DNA of 64,000 nucleotides from an uncultured Rickettsiales bacterium (GTDB lineage Bacteria; Pseudomonadota; Alphaproteobacteria; Rickettsiales; CANDYO01): NCBI GenBank assembly GCA_964550685.1, contig CAZJZY010000004.1, positions 29,644 to 93,643 of the forward strand, read 5' to 3'. Shown piece by piece: positions 61,089 to 64,000 of this stretch (position 1 is its first letter; each line of letters starts with the position of its first letter). The notes under the pieces were generated by a model. It saw only the letters and a program-made list of their open reading frames with translations, ran no database searches and was not told where the DNA came from. The position numbers and the translations under genes were made by a program.

Positions 61089-61429
61089 ATAGATTTATAT
61101 GTCTACTGGATAGTAAATCTAAGCTTCAAAAAAGTCAGGAAAAATATTATCTGATCACTGTTTAGCTAAAGAAATTTATACATTCAGGAAATTGCCTAAG
61201 AAAAGGGGTAGCTGAATTATCTCATCAAAAAAATATTTCTTCTATAGAGATTATTTAATCCCCCCAAAAAAAATTAAAAAAGCCTGATATAGAGTTTAAA
61301 ATTAATGAAGAAAAAATAGCTTCTTGGAAAAAATCTACTAAGGCTGTTGAACCAGTCATCGGTACATTAGAAGGAGGAACTTTTTCTCGCAGAAAAGTTA
61401 AAAACAGAGATAAAGATAAGAAAGGTGGA

Positions 61430-61756
61430 TCAATCGATATCTAATCTATTATTTATTTTAATTACCAAGGCGAATCCTAGTGCCATGGTAGCAATTCCAA
61501 CTACGATAGCAGTTAGCATTAATACATGTGGGAGAGGATTAGAATATATTTCGATGCAGCCAGATATAGGGCAAATTGGAGGTTTAGCGCCATATATTTT
61601 TCCCAGGCTTATATAAAACCATAATACTGAAGTTTGAAATAAACTTAATCCCAGGAGCCTTTTTAGCAAGTTTTCACTTGCTAAAACCACGTATAGTCCT
61701 AAGCAGAATAATAAAATAGCAAAGCTATAATTTAGATTGATTAGATGCATGATCAT
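61430..61756 (-). CDS. mnhC: Mrp/Mnh antiporter subunit C (NuoK-like)
   Basis: 108 aa, three TM, with NLLKRLLGLSLFQTSV and PLPHVLMLTAIVVGIATMALGFAL. Confidence 0.85.
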   Translation of the reverse strand: MIMHLINLNYSFAILLFCLGLYVVLASENLLKRLLGLSLFQTSVLWFYISLGKIYGAKPPICPISGCIEIYSNPLPHVLMLTAIVVGIATMALGFALVIKINNRLDID

Positions 61757-62702
61757 TCATAGCCAAACAAAAATAGATTAATAACATAGTAGCGAAAACA
61801 GTAATTCCAACTCCCAATTCAACGGTAGTAATACCAATTTTTTGTGCTATGGTATTATTATTAGAAAAGACCTTATAGTTTAAAAATTCTAACTTACCAA
61901 ATAACCCACATAGTCCAGTGGTTAAATATATTCCAAGGCCAAAAATAGCTATATTTTTTAACTTATTTAGAGATAATTTTTCTAACAAAATATTATCGCC
62001 AAAAGCCATAGAATATAAGATAAGTCCTGTGGCCATAATCGCTCCAGCTTGAAAGCCCCCGCCTGGAGAAATTTCTCCATGAAATTGGATATATAAGCCG
62101 AAAATGAGAATTAATGGAAGAATAAATCTAGTTAGTTTTTCTATTAATAGATCTGGTTTTTCTTTTTGTATTCTAGGTTTCTCTATAACTAAAAGAACGG
62201 ATAGTCCTCCTATTAATATTACTAAAGTTTCAAGCAAAGTATCGTAGCCGCGGTAACTAGCAAGAATTGCCGCTACAATTGATGGAATATTTATGTCATG
62301 AGATGTATTCGCTAAATAATAGGCAGCTGTTCGTTGCTGAGATATTGTAAATTGCTCGCCAAATTCTGGTAGATCAGAGCTTGCATAAATAAGTAAGGCA
62401 GCAAGTGCTATAGATATAATAAATAATAATGGCTTGAATGTTTCTGCAAATATATAAGGTGGAGTATAAACAGCTTTAATAGCATAAATAGAAAATATAG
62501 AAGCTAATATTCCAACAGCTGCTTCAGTCATAGCAACGTCTGGGGCATCTAAAACTAAATACATTGTGACAGTAAACAGACTGAAGGCGCTATTAATTAA
62601 GCTAGTTGCTAAAATATTTTTAGAGCAAATAAAAAATATTATGGTTAATAAGCTGCTCAAAATAATAAAATATAGCAGTTCAGCTTCAAACATTTTGGTC
62701 AT
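61725..62702 (-). CDS. mnhB: Mrp/Mnh antiporter subunit B (with MrpA-C-terminal/DUF4040-like N-terminal part)
   Basis: 325 aa, polytopic. RGYDTLLETLVILIGGLSVL and GGGFQAGAIMATG are typical MnhB blocks. Confidence 0.8.
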   Translation of the reverse strand: MTKMFEAELLYFIILSSLLTIIFFICSKNILATSLINSAFSLFTVTMYLVLDAPDVAMTEAAVGILASIFSIYAIKAVYTPPYIFAETFKPLLFIISIALAALLIYASSDLPEFGEQFTISQQRTAAYYLANTSHDINIPSIVAAILASYRGYDTLLETLVILIGGLSVLLVIEKPRIQKEKPDLLIEKLTRFILPLILIFGLYIQFHGEISPGGGFQAGAIMATGLILYSMAFGDNILLEKLSLNKLKNIAIFGLGIYLTTGLCGLFGKLEFLNYKVFSNNNTIAQKIGITTVELGVGITVFATMLLIYFCLAMNDHASNQSKL

Positions 62703-62997
62703 CCTTTTTTAATTCTGGCGATAATCCCTGCTTAAGGGCAATACGATTTAAAATATAGCTGGCAGTAGGATTAATAATTAACAAAATGAAGGCAAGTAAA
62801 ACTATTTTAACAGCTGAGATTAGAGTGGTACTCTGTAATGCAATCCCTAGCATTACTAATGGGCATCCCACCACATCTCCTACGGTTGCTGCGTGCATTT
62901 TAGTAAAATAATCAGGTAGTCTATTGCAGCCTATTACGGCTGAAAGAATCATCGCTAGGCCAATAAAAATTAAGAAATAACTTATAATTTCAATCAT
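62686..62997 (-). CDS. mnhG: Mrp/Mnh antiporter subunit G
   Basis: 103 aa, three TM, with GCNRLPDYFTKMHAATVGDVVG. Confidence 0.8.
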   Translation of the reverse strand: MIEIISYFLIFIGLAMILSAVIGCNRLPDYFTKMHAATVGDVVGCPLVMLGIALQSTTLISAVKIVLLAFILLIINPTASYILNRIALKQGLSPELKKDDQNV

Positions 62998-63000
62998 TTT

Positions 63001-63237
63001 TTACCTCTTTAGTTTACTAATACTGAGGTTGACTGCAAAACCTAAAATGCCATAGATGTAAGCGATATCAATAAAGCTTTCTCTGCCTGTAAAAAGGCTA
63101 AAGAAACAAAGCAAAACAATTATATAATTTGTCAAGCAACATAAGGACATAATGCTTTCAGGTATTGTTTTGCCAGTTAATACTCCAATTAACATTAGTA
63201 ATATGCAAAATAGTAGTATAATCAGGGCAATGGTCAT
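63001..63237 (-). CDS. mnhF: Mrp/Mnh antiporter subunit F
   Basis: 78 aa, three TM. Its position between the E and G subunits and its size fit MnhF. Confidence 0.65.
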   Translation of the reverse strand: MTIALIILLFCILLMLIGVLTGKTIPESIMSLCCLTNYIIVLLCFFSLFTGRESFIDIAYIYGILGFAVNLSISKLKR

Positions 63238-63662
63238 TTTGTTACCTCAGGAATACTGTATATATTTTGCATCGCTTCATCACTAATAGCATGAATTAAT
63301 ATTTTATTGTTCTGTAAATCCATGGACATAGTGCCAGGAGTAAGTGTAATACAGTTAGCTTGGATAGCTTGAGTAACAGAATTTTTTGATTGAGCATCGA
63401 TAAGTTGATAAACTGGTTTTACCTGCTTAGGATTAAGCCAAATAATTTTTAAAAGCATAATTGTTGATAGAAACATTTCTTTGAATAAATTTCTTGTGAA
63501 AGAAAACCAGCACAAATCGAATTTTAAAAAAATGGGTGAGCTGGTAAATAACTTTTTATCAATTAGTACAACGATCAATACAGAACAACATGCAGAAATA
63601 GCAAAAAATATAGAATTTTGTCCTGATAAGATAATCCATAATAATAACAAAATAATTATCAT
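63234..63662 (-). CDS. mnhE: Mrp/Mnh antiporter subunit E
   Basis: 142 aa with two N-terminal TM helices. [15 protein letters not shown] matches the MnhE ITLTPGT block. Confidence 0.75.
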   Translation of the reverse strand: MIIILLLLWIILSGQNSIFFAISACCSVLIVVLIDKKLFTSSPIFLKFDLCWFSFTRNLFKEMFLSTIMLLKIIWLNPKQVKPVYQLIDAQSKNSVTQAIQANCITLTPGTMSMDLQNNKILIHAISDEAMQNIYSIPEVTK

Positions 63663-64000
63663 ATTGAAAAGATCTCTTTAAGTGATTTTTTAAAATAACC
63701 AGGGAGCTCTGCCTGAAGTTTTAATATATTTCCTTGATAGGGAATGGAAATTTCATAAGCATGCAAATGTAAGTTAGAACCTTTTGAATCTTTAATATTA
63801 GGATCATATTTGCTATCCCCTAAAATAGGGAAGCCCAGTTCTAATGAGTGTAAACGCAATTGATGAGTTTTTCCAGTGATTGGACGGAATTCTACATAAC
63901 TTGCTTTAGATTTTTTAGCTAATACCTTATAATTTGTAATTGCATTTTCTTCTTCTATATTTTTATTATATTCTTTATTTATGATGCTAGATATTTGACC
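63659..64000 (-). CDS. RluA-family pseudouridine synthase, C-terminal part (5' end outside window)
   Basis: The frame is open from the window edge: ...[48 protein letters not shown]...[14 protein letters not shown](K/R)THQ(L/I)R and P(I/L)xGDxxY are the family motifs. Confidence 0.8.
   Translation of the reverse strand, partial: GQISSIINKEYNKNIEEENAITNYKVLAKKSKASYVEFRPITGKTHQLRLHSLELGFPILGDSKYDPNIKDSKGSNLHLHAYEISIPYQGNILKLQAELPGYFKKSLKEIFSI

Noticed and set aside
2794-63681. Short ORFs from the six-frame track that lie antisense to or inside well-supported genes. They start at 2794, 10561, 11558, 15617, 21724, 24806, 27908, 28217, 30334, 38059, 38938, 40677, 41078, 41525, 44408, 49723, 51814, 54373, 55021, 58716, 59511, 61425 and 63481.
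   Set aside because: Each is fully or largely overlapped by a longer ORF with clear family motifs on the other strand or frame. Their translations are low-complexity mirror images, and AT-rich genomes generate such shadow ORFs by chance.

Overview
Strongly AT-rich bacterial chromosomal segment with about 60 genes. Gene content and order suggest an alphaproteobacterium, probably a Rickettsiales/Holosporales-like intracellular symbiont. Pointers are fabF-mltG-plsY, yidC, ettA, tatA, an atpI-B-E-b'-b F0 operon, ELM1/DUF1022, trmFO, phaC/phaZ and a scattered Mrp antiporter. This placement is inference only. Most of the window is housekeeping, with one tRNA-Ala(UGC). I saw no rRNA and no CRISPR. 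Erosion is visible in several places: an in-frame TAA in a flavodoxin-like gene, a 1-nt frameshift splitting dnaB, three degraded IS transposase relics (two IS5-like, one IS30-like), and a short alpha/beta-hydrolase C-terminal relic. The most interesting part is an accessory-looking segment at about 17.2-31.9 kb. It holds the IS relics around a tspO/epimerase pair, an MsbA-type ABC exporter, and a 1,953-aa protein. That protein starts with NACHT/STAND-like NTPase motifs, interrupted by a 45-aa tandem duplication. About 1,400 aa that I cannot assign follow, with two 71-aa repeats and a Gly/Asp-rich tail. Next come two tandem, roughly 60% identical, membrane-anchored glycosyltransferase-like paralogs. 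Other candidates are an orphan HExxH protein between two MnhD-like genes, an ankyrin-like protein, an orphan 407-aa protein, and an orphan MCP and response regulator. The Mrp cluster has the order E-F-G-B-C, with its D-type subunits about 45 kb away. All functional calls rest on motif recognition by eye; no database search was run.
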